From the IMG/VR virus record IMGVR_UViG_3300009785_000024: 64,000 nt of DNA, one strand, 5' to 3'. The notes below the pieces were generated by a model. That model had not been told where the DNA came from. It was given only the letters and a program-made list of their open reading frames with translations, and searched no databases. The position numbers were made by a program, and so were the translations under genes. Positions 40,001-49,182 of this stretch are shown here, in pieces (the first letter of the stretch is position 1; every line of letters begins with the position of its first letter). The stretch is from an uncultured virus (IMG/VR IMGVR_UViG_3300009785_000024) (lineage: Duplodnaviria; Heunggongvirae; Uroviricota; Caudoviricetes).

Positions 40001-40262
40001 GAGGCCAAGTAGATTCACCGTCCCATTTATAAGCATTACCACCAGTAGTTGCTGATGTAGCAATTGTTACCCTTGCATATCTTTTTTGTTGAGCTTCTGT
40101 TCCAGTATCAGGTGCTACTCCTGTAGTAGACGAGTTTTTAACGCAAATATAATCAGAATTGTTGTGTAATACAACATCATCTTTTATATAAGCCTTCGTA
40201 CTCGAATAATCACCCTGGTAATTGAAGAACAGATTACCAATTCTAGTTTTTGTTGTTGCCAT
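37044..40262 (-). CDS. RCC1-repeat virion structural protein
   Basis: LWAWGYNGYGQLG and LYTWGYNGYGVLG repeats; G.GY..NETIT beta module. Confidence 0.8.
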   Translation of the reverse strand: MATTKTRIGNLFFNYQGDYSSTKAYIKDDVVLHNNSDYICVKNSSTTGVAPDTGTEAQQKRYARVTIATSATTGGNAYKWDGESTWPQTEVQYKIGDTLVLYQDGNDFDDNKIAFSNSATSKETNLFHTDVTYMLDGKSVGGGTASGNYFNSGTFNNATKREIRIEITAETPKEIYIFNFDNPSATWGPKMVVAENQVWKEIRQSFKWRGDHSEASIVYNPNDLVHINVPVDNDFSTNNQYSGDQIQNIRATYVCLREHTSGVAGTLPWDQDTDTDANKYWERISEEHQFDDETITDSGAVATIDTSSTSASPARQAGFYPFVNTTNITAAAENSGAGRTNGYNTPQVNITVEGYQSAKTVGNFSTAHYKRKPGIYRNLTPTSTSGAGSNATFDVEVDNNGAVISVAVTKKSLGGQMGGLGYAVNETITLADALIGAGGAPDFTFDVTAIGTWGALQIEIARDQKRGMQNAQWENNNEPELLGGENNAAADVLAVDAQVLYSSAAVQFSVVTTQKKARGYQNFFSGNRLEAMALCNENGPIGDDHPLYRLPGQFQQANCYNWPCFINGRGSITSWGSNSNGQNGLETGSVMTGVGMVFPFLDWYRSTDNGGSGIHTTPDGEPPKAIQLLSGYEVGMALFNNGEIYHWGYGGHGQNGDASTSNRGYPTRPGGTYQEIYQASNTSTHTLKDTRIKRIYITNWGGDNNTNTHSVYALDTNGELWAWGYNGYGQLGQNNTTNLNRPTKINKTTYFNGNKIDAFWTAGAGYAFCFALDVTGKLYTWGYNGYGVLGQGNTTNLSVPTQIPTIVWDNGAANPGKIKKLLVDSQQSYQRCAILTEKGKIYWCGRNEYGWAMMGNTTDVSTFTIMSNGPGSGTYSDCQNMWFTGNGRYASFWTKDSTDSIKCCGYNGNYELGIGNSTNQTAAISPKWQINGTTTSDLHNIKDIGCNSEYGNQWMCNVWVLTYDGFMFNVGRNNYGIGAQGYSSDYTSRQSTNGIEETDDYYFQMQRMPNYAHGRVEDVRGRGYYSTDGNRYHFREIRTFDNRYLIWGYGGDHIQGQNDGNYSSMPQPAVLG

Positions 40263-40286
40263 TTTTATATCTTCCTATTTAACTAT

Positions 40287-40294
40287 TATTTATA
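40287..40294 (-). promoter_or_regulatory. T4-type late promoter
   Basis: TATAAATA overlapping the upstream stop. Confidence 0.65.
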
Positions 40295-43200
40295 TTGTTT
40301 CTATTACCAAGTCTCCAGATTTATCAATGTTTATTTGCATACTTCCATTGATAAATTCAAATCCTTCAGTTGCGTCCGTACCATCAAAGTAAGCACTCTC
40401 TTTTTGTATTAACTCATTTGCATTTGTTATTACTCTTCTTTTTAATGATAAATCATTATCATCAATTGAAAGTGTTTGTAATGTAGGAGTTCCTTGTGCG
40501 TCAACATATGACTTATTAACTAAATCATTAGCCGCAGTTGGAGTAATAGCAGTTTGTGCCTGTGCAGAAAGAGTAATTATACCATTGTTTTGTGTTCCAA
40601 TAGATAAGTTAACATCTGTTCCACTTGTACCTGTTGTAGAGATATTACTTCCAGAGGCAGTAATTGAACCAGCAGTTAATGAGTTAACTGATAAATCGTT
40701 TTGTCCTCCACCAAGTTGACCATCTACATAGGTCTTAATCGCTCTTTCGGTAACTAGAGCAGTATCAGAATTATCTGCTAATGTTCCGTCAGTACTAAAT
40801 TCATTAATCGTAGCACCGAAGTTACCTTGTGCGTTTGAGCCTAAACTCAATTCTTGTAATCCAGAAAGGTCAAATGCTTCAGCGTTCAATGTCGCCTTAC
40901 CAGTTGCTTGTTCGATTTGGAATAAGTTACCAACTCTAAAGTTACCGTCTTGGTCAGTAGATGAGTAGAATACTCTTCCTCTATCTGCCTCAAAGACTTC
41001 ATCATTTGCGTCAGGTAATTGTGTTGGTGTGTTAGGATAATTTGTTGATACAATATCACCAGTACCTACATCTAAGAAGTCATGTCCAGTCAATCTAATG
41101 TTTGAGTAATTACTTCTTAATGTTGCAGTTTCAGCATGAGTTGGAGCGTTAGAAGTTGTAAATTTAGGATTTACTCTAACAAGTCCAGCGCCACCAGCGT
41201 AACCGGTTACACTAACAACATAATATGCTTGACCGGATATTCCAGCAAATTCAATAATGTCACCACCAGTTGGTGATTTAGATAATCCTGTTAGTCTAAC
41301 AAAGGCAGTACCTTCACTAGAGATTTCAGCATAACCGTCACCAGTAATAGTTGCAGTTGTTGTTTCTGTTTTATATCCAGAGCCACTTGTTGTTACCGTA
41401 GTCTGTGAAATTACACCGTCACTAATGTGTGATGTTGCAGTTGCTACCGTACTTGCGTTAGGGTCTGTAATTGTTACCGTTGGTGCACTAGAATAACCGG
41501 CACCTCCGTCTAATATAAGAATTTTTGAAATTTGTTGATTTTCTACAACTGCTCTTGCGAGTGCGTTTCTACTAGGAGAACCACCACCACTTAAAGCAAC
41601 TCTTGGTTCAATTTCATATCCTGAAGTTGTATCAAATGCAGTAGCAGGAGATAATCCAGAGTTTACGAATACATCAAAACCGGCAGAGCCTGCTTCTTTT
41701 TGTATCGTTGCAGTTTTTGTAGAAGCAACATAGTCAGCGATAACTCCTGTGTTACCATAACCAGTTCCTGTATATACCGTAATTCTCATACCATTGTAGA
41801 AGTCATCAGGTTGTGAATCAGAAGCAGCAAGTTTAATTGTACTTGCAGTTCCTGCTTGTGCATAACCTGTTGTAGTAAAGTGTGTTGAACCGGTAGTGTT
41901 AATCTTTATAAAGTTTACAGCACCGTCAGCATGAGTTGTTGATACAGCACCAGAGGCACCGGATCCAGCAATTGAGACAGCAGAAGATGAGTAAGCTTGT
42001 CCAGCATATTGTAATTCTAATCTTCCAATACCTGAACCGGATACTAATACTCTTCCTACTTGTGCTTCATTATTTCTTAAATCTACAACAGCAGTATATG
42101 GTGTTTCTGTTGAGTCAATACCAGCAGCTGTTGAACCGTATTCACCGTAAGAGTTGTTTGAGTTCAAACTTCTCATAACAGCACCACTATCACATAAGTA
42201 ACCGTGATGTGCGTAATATGTAAATACAGATACTAATTCTGATTTAGCATTATTCAATGCCCAAACTCCAACACCGTCAGAAGAGACTTGTGTAAAGTCG
42301 TTTGCAAGTATACTTCTGTTTCCAGAGTTGTGTAATGAACCGTCAATCTTAATACCAACAGAACCGAATCCAAAGTGAGTACAATTCTGAATAAATGGTG
42401 ATTTAGTTGAAATGTGTGTAGTCGTATCAGAAACTCCAGTTCCTGGGTCTAATGCAAATACAACACCACTTCGTGTTGCACCGTCAGCTATATTAGGTCT
42501 TGCAACTCCGTAAGAGTCAGCACTTCCCATAGTTCCAACCATTCCAGTAAATGTAAATCCTGTAACCGTTGTACCGTTATGTACTCTAAACATATCAGCA
42601 CGATTGTTTGGAGTGTTTGTTAATCCAGTAGCTGTTGAGTTACCAGCAGCAGGTTTAATTCTTGTACTTCTAACACCGTCTCCAACTACTTGTGTATTAG
42701 CAGATAAGATGATAGGTAATGCTTCTTCGTATTCTCCAGTTTTAACATAAACCGTTTTGAATACACTAGTAGCAACATTGCTATTAATCCAAGTTGTTGC
42801 ATATTGCAAAGTTAACCAAGGTTTGTCTAATGAAGTTCCTCTTCCTGTATCAGAAGAAGGATCACTATCTGTACCATGTTTTGCAACATAATAAACACTA
42901 AAACTAACCCCAGGTATTGTCCAACTAACATCTGTTCCATTTGATGAAACAACTGAACCAGCTGTACCGATTGGCAATCTAATATTTTGTGTAGCGTTTC
43001 TTGTTAATATGTCACCTCTTACCGTGGTAACAAAGTTTGAATCTCCTTCAGCAAGTAGGTCCCAATAAACTCCGCCTGTATCATAATCAGGTCGTAATGC
43101 GTCTCCTACAACAGCAGTAGCTGTGTGAGCAAGTTTACATCTATAAGATGATGAACCGTAACCAATTGTGTCGCCAGGTGCATAAGCAGTTCCGTCTGTC

Positions 43201-44006
43201 CAATTGTTTCTCCAGTTAAATCCTTCGTTTAATAAATCCCAAGTCGCAGTAGTTGTTGGTACAACTCCAGTTGCGTCTTGTTTTGCAACATAAGTGTGAC
43301 CACCATATTTTACTACATTACCAGTTTTGTATGCAGTACCACCAGCATATGTACCTAGCATTTTGAAACCAGTTGTTAAAACCGTCCAATATGAAGCGTT
43401 GTTATATGGTGTTTGACCTGTTGATTGTTGTTCGGCAACATAGTTGTAACCACCGTAGGTTACAATGTCACCTGCTTGATATGCAGTACCCGAAGCATAT
43501 GAATCTTCAAATTCTAGTCCTGAAACGAATAAAGTAAATTTAGAAGTATCAATAGTTGAAGCGGCAGTATGTTCAACCGTACAAATGTAAACATTCGCAC
43601 CGTACTTTGCTAAATCGTTAACTTTATATGCAGTCGCAGAAGCATATGTTCCTGTCCATTTAAATCCTGGAACAAATGATGTCCACTTTGAAGTGTCATC
43701 ATATAAATCTGTTTGTGAAGCGTGAGCAGTATTACATACAAATGTAGAACCACCCCATTGGACAACATCATCTACTTTATAGTTAGTAGAACCTGCCCAA
43801 GCACCTTTCCATTCTTGTCCAGCAACCATCTTTTTCCATTTAGTCGCTGTTAAATCTGTTTCAAACGCTGATGAACCTGTATGGTTCGCCATCGCCACGA
43901 AGCTATTTCCTCCGTATCTTACAACATCATCTTTGATGTATGCCGTTCCTGTAACCCAATCTCCTTTGAAGTGAAATTTAAGTCTACCTAGAATAAAATC
44001 TGCCAT
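40290..44006 (-). CDS. Tail fibre / structural protein with tandem ~50-aa W/Y-rich repeats and a beta-helix region
   Basis: About 6 repeats of G.W...TAY...DVV.YGG..YV, then YYVAKHG.D...G.S...PW.T beta-helix lead-in and GGAGYSSAPTV repeats. Confidence 0.8.
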   Translation of the reverse strand: MADFILGRLKFHFKGDWVTGTAYIKDDVVRYGGNSFVAMANHTGSSAFETDLTATKWKKMVAGQEWKGAWAGSTNYKVDDVVQWGGSTFVCNTAHASQTDLYDDTSKWTSFVPGFKWTGTYASATAYKVNDLAKYGANVYICTVEHTAASTIDTSKFTLFVSGLEFEDSYASGTAYQAGDIVTYGGYNYVAEQQSTGQTPYNNASYWTVLTTGFKMLGTYAGGTAYKTGNVVKYGGHTYVAKQDATGVVPTTTATWDLLNEGFNWRNNWTDGTAYAPGDTIGYGSSSYRCKLAHTATAVVGDALRPDYDTGGVYWDLLAEGDSNFVTTVRGDILTRNATQNIRLPIGTAGSVVSSNGTDVSWTIPGVSFSVYYVAKHGTDSDPSSDTGRGTSLDKPWLTLQYATTWINSNVATSVFKTVYVKTGEYEEALPIILSANTQVVGDGVRSTRIKPAAGNSTATGLTNTPNNRADMFRVHNGTTVTGFTFTGMVGTMGSADSYGVARPNIADGATRSGVVFALDPGTGVSDTTTHISTKSPFIQNCTHFGFGSVGIKIDGSLHNSGNRSILANDFTQVSSDGVGVWALNNAKSELVSVFTYYAHHGYLCDSGAVMRSLNSNNSYGEYGSTAAGIDSTETPYTAVVDLRNNEAQVGRVLVSGSGIGRLELQYAGQAYSSSAVSIAGSGASGAVSTTHADGAVNFIKINTTGSTHFTTTGYAQAGTASTIKLAASDSQPDDFYNGMRITVYTGTGYGNTGVIADYVASTKTATIQKEAGSAGFDVFVNSGLSPATAFDTTSGYEIEPRVALSGGGSPSRNALARAVVENQQISKILILDGGAGYSSAPTVTITDPNASTVATATSHISDGVISQTTVTTSGSGYKTETTTATITGDGYAEISSEGTAFVRLTGLSKSPTGGDIIEFAGISGQAYYVVSVTGYAGGAGLVRVNPKFTTSNAPTHAETATLRSNYSNIRLTGHDFLDVGTGDIVSTNYPNTPTQLPDANDEVFEADRGRVFYSSTDQDGNFRVGNLFQIEQATGKATLNAEAFDLSGLQELSLGSNAQGNFGATINEFSTDGTLADNSDTALVTERAIKTYVDGQLGGGQNDLSVNSLTAGSITASGSNISTTGTSGTDVNLSIGTQNNGIITLSAQAQTAITPTAANDLVNKSYVDAQGTPTLQTLSIDDNDLSLKRRVITNANELIQKESAYFDGTDATEGFEFINGSMQINIDKSGDLVIETI

Positions 44007-44029
44007 TTTTATCTCTCTCTATTTAATTT

Positions 44030-44527
44030 TTACAAATACCTGTTAATATTGTTTTGGGTATAATAATTTCCTCCACTAGGTGTCCAGTTGCTTCCAGTAG
44101 AAGCAGTCGCTGTTTCGCTAGCGGCGTATGTATAGTCTTGCTGATACCTTGCAACAAGATTACCGTCATCATTTATGAAATAAAAAAGTTTCAACGGATC
44201 AAATCTCGTTTGTTGATACTTCCTAAACTGAGCATTCGTTTGATAGTGTGCGTCTGTACTTTCGTCAAAATCACTTTGTAGTGAATTTTGAACGGTACTT
44301 CCATCACTTGCTTTACCAAGTGCCATACCTTCAAAACCATTAAACCCAAATCCTTCACCAGAGTTAACTTCAATTGTCTCATTACTATCTAATTTTACTT
44401 TAGTATAGATTAAAAGACCGTTAACATCACGGTTAAGGGAGTGCATTGCATATTCGTTAGAGATTTGAAAACCAGCAGCGTCTGTTGCTACTGCTTGTGA
44501 AGCTCCTGTTGGTAATGCTAATGCCAT
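44030..44527 (-). CDS. Hypothetical virion-region protein
   Basis: ORF with late promoter; LFYFINDDGNLV motif. Confidence 0.6.
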   Translation of the reverse strand: MALALPTGASQAVATDAAGFQISNEYAMHSLNRDVNGLLIYTKVKLDSNETIEVNSGEGFGFNGFEGMALGKASDGSTVQNSLQSDFDESTDAHYQTNAQFRKYQQTRFDPLKLFYFINDDGNLVARYQQDYTYAASETATASTGSNWTPSGGNYYTQNNINRYL

Positions 44528-44552
44528 TTAATTATTCCTCTTCGTTTCTTTA

Positions 44553-44560
44553 TATTTATA
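44553..44560 (-). promoter_or_regulatory. T4-type late promoter
   Basis: TATAAATA. Confidence 0.75.
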
Positions 44561-44583
44561 CAATAACCAGCGTCTAAAAACTA

Positions 44584-44913
44584 TTAAGTGTTTTCTAATA
44601 CCGACATTACCGTATCTGTATTTCCATGAGACGCAATAACTCGTATAATGTCATTTGCCTCAAGGTTTACTGGTTTATCTAATATAAATGTGTTGTTTTG
44701 TGGAATGATGATATTAGACATCATAGTCTTAAAAGTTGTTCCACCGTCTATCGTTATTTTCACATCAACTTCTGCTGGAGTATCAGTTGAAGTATTTGAA
44801 ATGTAAATAGCGTGTAATACAGCAGTACCATTTGATGGCGCTGTATAAACATTTGAAGTTGAGTCATCAACTTGCGAGTTTGTCATTCCTGCGTTTTTAA
44901 AAGCACTAGCCAT
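44584..44913 (-). CDS. Small beta-sandwich virion protein
   Basis: MASAFKNAG, VYTAP, IP.N....DKP.NLE..D pattern common in phage tail regions. Confidence 0.65.
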   Translation of the reverse strand: MASAFKNAGMTNSQVDDSTSNVYTAPSNGTAVLHAIYISNTSTDTPAEVDVKITIDGGTTFKTMMSNIIIPQNNTFILDKPVNLEANDIIRVIASHGNTDTVMSVLENT

Positions 44914-44916
44914 TTA

Positions 44917-45300
44917 TTATCCTCCAAACACAACAGCAAAGGCGAGAATATCTCCGGTCAATGCTAATGTTCCACTAGAATTTGGTAGTTTAATCGTTCT
45001 ATCAGCTGTTGGATTTTCTACCGTTAATGTTGTTTCAAAGGCGTCAGCTGTGTTACCTTCAAAAATAATGTTTGCATTATTAAAAGTTAAGTCAGTAGTT
45101 GCAATAGCACCTGCTGTTAATACTGATTGAATATCAACCGCAGAAGCACCACCTACTTCTTTAATAGTACTTGAATTTTGTTTAGTATAAAACTTACCAT
45201 CAGCAATGTTCATTGCCAATTCACCAATTTCTAAATCAGATAATTGAGGAACAGCAGAAGCTGTAAAACTTCTTTTTGGTTTTAGGACTTGGTCTGCCAT
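44917..45300 (-). CDS. Short tail-fibre-related protein
   Basis: KRS....P..L..GELA.N..DGK N-terminal module; FEG.T...FETTL.V..P..D..I.LP..SGTL module shared with 58410..59711. Confidence 0.7.
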   Translation of the reverse strand: MADQVLKPKRSFTASAVPQLSDLEIGELAMNIADGKFYTKQNSSTIKEVGGASAVDIQSVLTAGAIATTDLTFNNANIIFEGNTADAFETTLTVENPTADRTIKLPNSSGTLALTGDILAFAVVFGG

Positions 45301-47036
45301 TAGAACAATCCACCGTCAATAGTATTCAATTCAACAGCACCACTTGTTACCGTAAATTGTGTACTATGAAATGACGCAACTCCTTTATTACTTGTACTTG
45401 CGTCTTCGCCAGCAATTGTAATTGAAGAACCTGAAGCAGAAGTATCAATTCCTTCTCCAGCAGAAATAGTTAATGTATTTCCTAATCCAACCGTACCAGT
45501 TCCAGTCTCACCAGCAAGTAAAAGATTTGGATCCGCAAGTTTAGAGTTTGCAATACTTCCTGCTAACATAGCACTTGTAATTCCAAGCGCCTTAACTTGT
45601 AGTTTGTCTGATACTACTTCTATTGTCTGGTTATCTACATTAACATCTAAAGTGTTTCCTGATTTTACCATAGCTGCACCGGCAACTACTTGACCAGCAC
45701 CAGAGAATTGTGATACAGGTAATTCAGTATTGTTTGAAAGTGTATTATCGTTTAATGTTGGTGTACCGTTGTGAGTGAATACATAACCGTTATCACTATT
45801 AGCAGTACCTTCTTCTACGAAAGTAAATGTACCACCAGTTAAGTCAGTACCTAAATTTGCGTCTAATGCTCTTGTTAATCTCCAGTTAGAAGAACCGTCA
45901 CCAACGATTTCTACAAAGTAAATACCGTTTTGTCTAGCTTCTGTTTGGTCTTTAACTACAACTCTGTCATTTACTAGCAATGAAATACCGTCAATTGTTA
46001 AAGCGGCTTGAGTTGCGTTGTTGTCTAATCTTCCATTTGATTGGTCATATGTTGCAGATAAGTTTGCTGTGGTAGCAACTCTACAACTATCTTTTACATC
46101 TAAACCACTTGAAGCACTATCAACATATTCTTTTGTTGCAAGTGAGTCAGCAGCGAAACCTGCTCTATCTTTATAACCACTAGGTACGGTAACCGTTCCA
46201 GTTCCGTGTGGTGTGAAAGTAATATTTCTATTTGCAGCTGATGTAGCAATGTCTTGTCCATCTATTGTTAAATGGTCAACAACTATATTTGTTAATCCAG
46301 CAATGTCAGTTGCAGTAGCACCGAGAGTTAATGCAGTAGTACCTAAGGTTACACCGTCATTTGCAAGTTTAATATTTGATACGGCACCGTCAGCAAGTTT
46401 TGCTGTGCTAATTCCACCGTCTTGTACATTTATAGTAACCGTATTACCGGAAACTGCTGTATCAATCGTTCCATCACCTGTAAGTAATAGAGTCGAGTTA
46501 GTTGAGTAATCTGTTGTTGCACCGGCACTATCTTCAATTGTAAGTGTAGTATCTACAGCGTCAAATCCTAATTGAGCTTCTGTACCAGAGGCAGAGATTA
46601 CTTTTAGAAATTGTCCTTGAGAACCTGCACCGTCAGGTAGTAATAGTGTTGATGAATTTGTTAGTGATAATGGAGCCTTTAAAACAACATTGTTTGAACC
46701 GTTGTTTGTAGCCTCATTAAAAGTTATACGACCAGAGTTAGTGGTTTCGTTACCAATTATAATCTCGTCTATTCTTTTATTTGAATCTGTTGTTATTAGT
46801 TTTTCAGCAGCGACAGCACCGTTCGTTGTTGGAAATAAACTAGTGAAATACTTACCACCAATTACATCAAGGTCGTTTGCGTTTCCTGAACCGTCTACGC
46901 CACCTGCACCTACGAATAGTCTATCACCATTGTTGCCAGCGGTACCTGTACCATATGTAAATGCTAATTCACCAAGTTTTAATGATAGTGGGGCAGCGAC
47001 ATTGGAACTTCTTTTTATTCTGATTATTGTTGACAT
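45300..47036 (-). CDS. Tail fibre protein
   Basis: IKRSS...L..GELA N-terminus, ATKEYVD..GLDVK.S..VATT, DRV.VKDQT...QNGIY, VEEGT blocks. Confidence 0.85.
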   Translation of the reverse strand: MSTIIRIKRSSNVAAPLSLKLGELAFTYGTGTAGNNGDRLFVGAGGVDGSGNANDLDVIGGKYFTSLFPTTNGAVAAEKLITTDSNKRIDEIIIGNETTNSGRITFNEATNNGSNNVVLKAPLSLTNSSTLLLPDGAGSQGQFLKVISASGTEAQLGFDAVDTTLTIEDSAGATTDYSTNSTLLLTGDGTIDTAVSGNTVTINVQDGGISTAKLADGAVSNIKLANDGVTLGTTALTLGATATDIAGLTNIVVDHLTIDGQDIATSAANRNITFTPHGTGTVTVPSGYKDRAGFAADSLATKEYVDSASSGLDVKDSCRVATTANLSATYDQSNGRLDNNATQAALTIDGISLLVNDRVVVKDQTEARQNGIYFVEIVGDGSSNWRLTRALDANLGTDLTGGTFTFVEEGTANSDNGYVFTHNGTPTLNDNTLSNNTELPVSQFSGAGQVVAGAAMVKSGNTLDVNVDNQTIEVVSDKLQVKALGITSAMLAGSIANSKLADPNLLLAGETGTGTVGLGNTLTISAGEGIDTSASGSSITIAGEDASTSNKGVASFHSTQFTVTSGAVELNTIDGGLF

Positions 47037-47066
47037 ATCTTAACTCTCTCTTTTGTTACCTTAAAC

Positions 47067-47324
47067 TTAAAATGAACCACCGTTCAATGTTATTGAACCA
47101 GTAGTAGTCGAAATCTCGTCTCTCACAACAAACTTATCACTTGTTGCAGAGTACTGAATCATACTACCATCTGCTAAGGTTGAAGCGTCTACATCTGCCA
47201 TTAATCTAAATTTCAAAGTAGAGTTGGTTACAGCGGTTTGAGCGGCTGCACCTGCAGGCATAGTAACCGACACTTGTTGCGGTCTACTTATCGTTGAATC
47301 TATTCTTGCTTTAATTTGCGACAC
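47067..47324 (-). CDS. Small virion/tail protein
   Basis: DVDA..L.DGS..QY....KF; ends in GGSF. Confidence 0.6.
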   Translation of the reverse strand: MSQIKARIDSTISRPQQVSVTMPAGAAAQTAVTNSTLKFRLMADVDASTLADGSMIQYSATSDKFVVRDEISTTTGSITLNGGSF

Positions 47325-47347
47325 TTTTAGTCTCCCTTAATTGTTAA

Positions 47348-47355
47348 TATTTATA
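47348..47355 (-). promoter_or_regulatory. T4-type late promoter
   Basis: TATAAATA. Confidence 0.75.
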
Positions 47356-47392
47356 ACCGAAGGGTATTCAAAAACTAATAGTATTAAAATAA

Positions 47393-47734
47393 TTAAACGG
47401 TCACATTAGGACGGACGGTTATTATACCTTCAATAACCCTGGTTACTACACTATCACTAGTTCTCGTAACCTCTACATCATAAACATATCTTGCTGGAGC
47501 ATCCAAGGCACTAGATTGAGCAGAAGTCAAAGATAGTGTTATAATGCCTGTAGCAGGGTTTGCTACGGTCGTAGACATCGCTATCCTAGTCTTTGTACTC
47601 TCATACCCCTTTGCCATTTTAGCGTCAACGGTATGTCCTGTTAGGTCCCAAGCGGCACCATCATTTCCTGCAAGTGTTATATTTGAGGAAAATGTAGTTC
47701 CTTGGTCTATTCTTAGATTTGCTATTGCAGCCAT
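47393..47734 (-). CDS. Baseplate/fibre-attachment beta-sandwich protein
   Basis: NL.IDQG.TF, DLTG.T, G.I.LSLT..Q, RYVYDVE, RVIEG...V.P.V. Confidence 0.75.
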   Translation of the reverse strand: MAAIANLRIDQGTTFSSNITLAGNDGAAWDLTGHTVDAKMAKGYESTKTRIAMSTTVANPATGIITLSLTSAQSSALDAPARYVYDVEVTRTSDSVVTRVIEGIITVRPNVTV

Positions 47735-47738
47735 TTAT

Positions 47739-47975
47739 TTAATCTTTTTTCGGTTCTTCTGTTTGAGTTTCTTCTTCTTTTGGAGCAGTTGGATCAATAC
47801 CTAGAAATTCACAAATCTTAGCATTGTAGTATCTAACTAACACATCAATTTTTTCAAGTTCAACTTCAACTCTCGCTTTATTCTGTACTAACTCTTGTCT
47901 AGCGATAACATAATTTTTAGTTCTATCGTCAAACTTCTCTTCATCATAATCTTTACCATTTATCTTAATTGCCAT
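47739..47975 (-). CDS. Small hypothetical protein (coiled-coil)
   Basis: I.INGK.YD pattern; GGAG RBS and late promoter upstream. Confidence 0.6.
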   Translation of the reverse strand: MAIKINGKDYDEEKFDDRTKNYVIARQELVQNKARVEVELEKIDVLVRYYNAKICEFLGIDPTAPKEEETQTEEPKKD

Positions 47976-47994
47976 AATTATCTCCTTGTATTAT

Positions 47995-48002
47995 TATTTA
48001 TA
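47995..48002 (-). promoter_or_regulatory. T4-type late promoter
   Basis: TATAAATA; marks the downstream boundary of the radical SAM cluster. Confidence 0.75.
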
Positions 48003-48014
48003 AGCGTTCTTATA

Positions 48015-48425
48015 TCAGATTTTGCCATCATATCTAATTTCTTTTTCATAATAGTCTCTAATATCAGGTATCATTCCCATTTGTTCATCTTTAGGAAACG
48101 CTTTTATGATTGGGTCATAAATGTGTTCCTTTCCTTTATATACTTCAAAGTATGGGTCATTGCCAAATAACAAGTCCTTGTCGTTTAACAAATCGTAAAA
48201 CTTATCACCATAATCTCTCTCTATCCACTTTGCATAACATATCGCCACACAATAACTCTTTGCTGGATAGATAAATCTTTCGACTTGTTCTACCCAATGT
48301 CTTTTCGCATTAAGAATAATATCATTATCTTCCCATATAAGATATATCTCCTTATCATTCAATGTATCTTTATGAGTAGGATTTAATCTATGATATACTT
48401 CTTGTTTGAGTTTCCATTCTCTCAT
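48015..48425 (-). CDS. Hypothetical protein, last gene of the radical SAM cluster
   Basis: Overlapping-coupled ORF; YPAKSY and DPYF motifs of unknown function. Confidence 0.65.
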   Translation of the reverse strand: MREWKLKQEVYHRLNPTHKDTLNDKEIYLIWEDNDIILNAKRHWVEQVERFIYPAKSYCVAICYAKWIERDYGDKFYDLLNDKDLLFGNDPYFEVYKGKEHIYDPIIKAFPKDEQMGMIPDIRDYYEKEIRYDGKI

Positions 48426-49182
48426 AACTTATATACTCCACATTCTTACATTCATTCCATTCCGGAATATTAACATTTAACATATTCTGTCTATTTACTT
48501 TATAAAACTTTACCGAATGATACGACTTGAAGAGTTGACGCCATTGTAATATCCAATTTTGTAAGTAATATTGACTAGGGTGTTTATCAGACTTGTAATA
48601 AGGTTGTCCAGCATATATGTTATTAAATTTATTTGACATACTATATATGTCGTGTCCTATTAGGTAAACTTCTTTCAATTCTGCTACTTCTTTACAAGCA
48701 ACAAAACCACTTGCAGGACCTGTTGCCCAAGTTAACTCGTCACCACCGTCAACTAAATCTGTAAAACTTTTTACTTTATCACCTGTCAACCAACTAATGT
48801 TGACCATATTCTTTCCTGTTTCTTTATCATTGTATCCGTGCAAAACAAAACTATTAGAACCTACTCTTTGATTTTCTACAAGTAAACCTGAATTCCTAAT
48901 TGCTCTTATATGTCTATACCCAGGAAAGAAACCATTTACCATATTCTCGTAATGTTCGTGTGGTACAGGATTCCAATCTCTAAAATAACATTTAGCCGTA
49001 TAACTATAACCTGAATGATAAATGCTGTGCATAACAGGATGGTCCATTGCAACTAAAATGTCAGGTGCAAAATCTTTGTACAGATTATTACAACCTAAGA
49101 TAACACCTCGTCCTTGAATAGTAGAAAATTTAAAACCTTTTCTACTTTGACCATTGCCTATAAGAAACGCTCTATTTGCCAT
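48388..49182 (-). CDS. DUF115/MptE-like (sialyltransferase-like Rossmann fold) protein
   Basis: AFLIGNG.SR, GCN.LY....PD.LVA.D, TG..S, VYLIGHD. Confidence 0.6.
   Translation of the reverse strand: MANRAFLIGNGQSRKGFKFSTIQGRGVILGCNNLYKDFAPDILVAMDHPVMHSIYHSGYSYTAKCYFRDWNPVPHEHYENMVNGFFPGYRHIRAIRNSGLLVENQRVGSNSFVLHGYNDKETGKNMVNISWLTGDKVKSFTDLVDGGDELTWATGPASGFVACKEVAELKEVYLIGHDIYSMSNKFNNIYAGQPYYKSDKHPSQYYLQNWILQWRQLFKSYHSVKFYKVNRQNMLNVNIPEWNECKNVEYISYERMETQTRSIS

Noticed and set aside
43050..44006. Periodic ~150-bp repeats considered as a CRISPR-like array
   Set aside because: Degenerate in-frame protein repeats; no identical repeat-spacer structure.
44917..47036. Mtd-like N-terminal modules suggesting a diversity-generating retroelement
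   Set aside because: No reverse transcriptase or template/variable repeat pair seen in the window.
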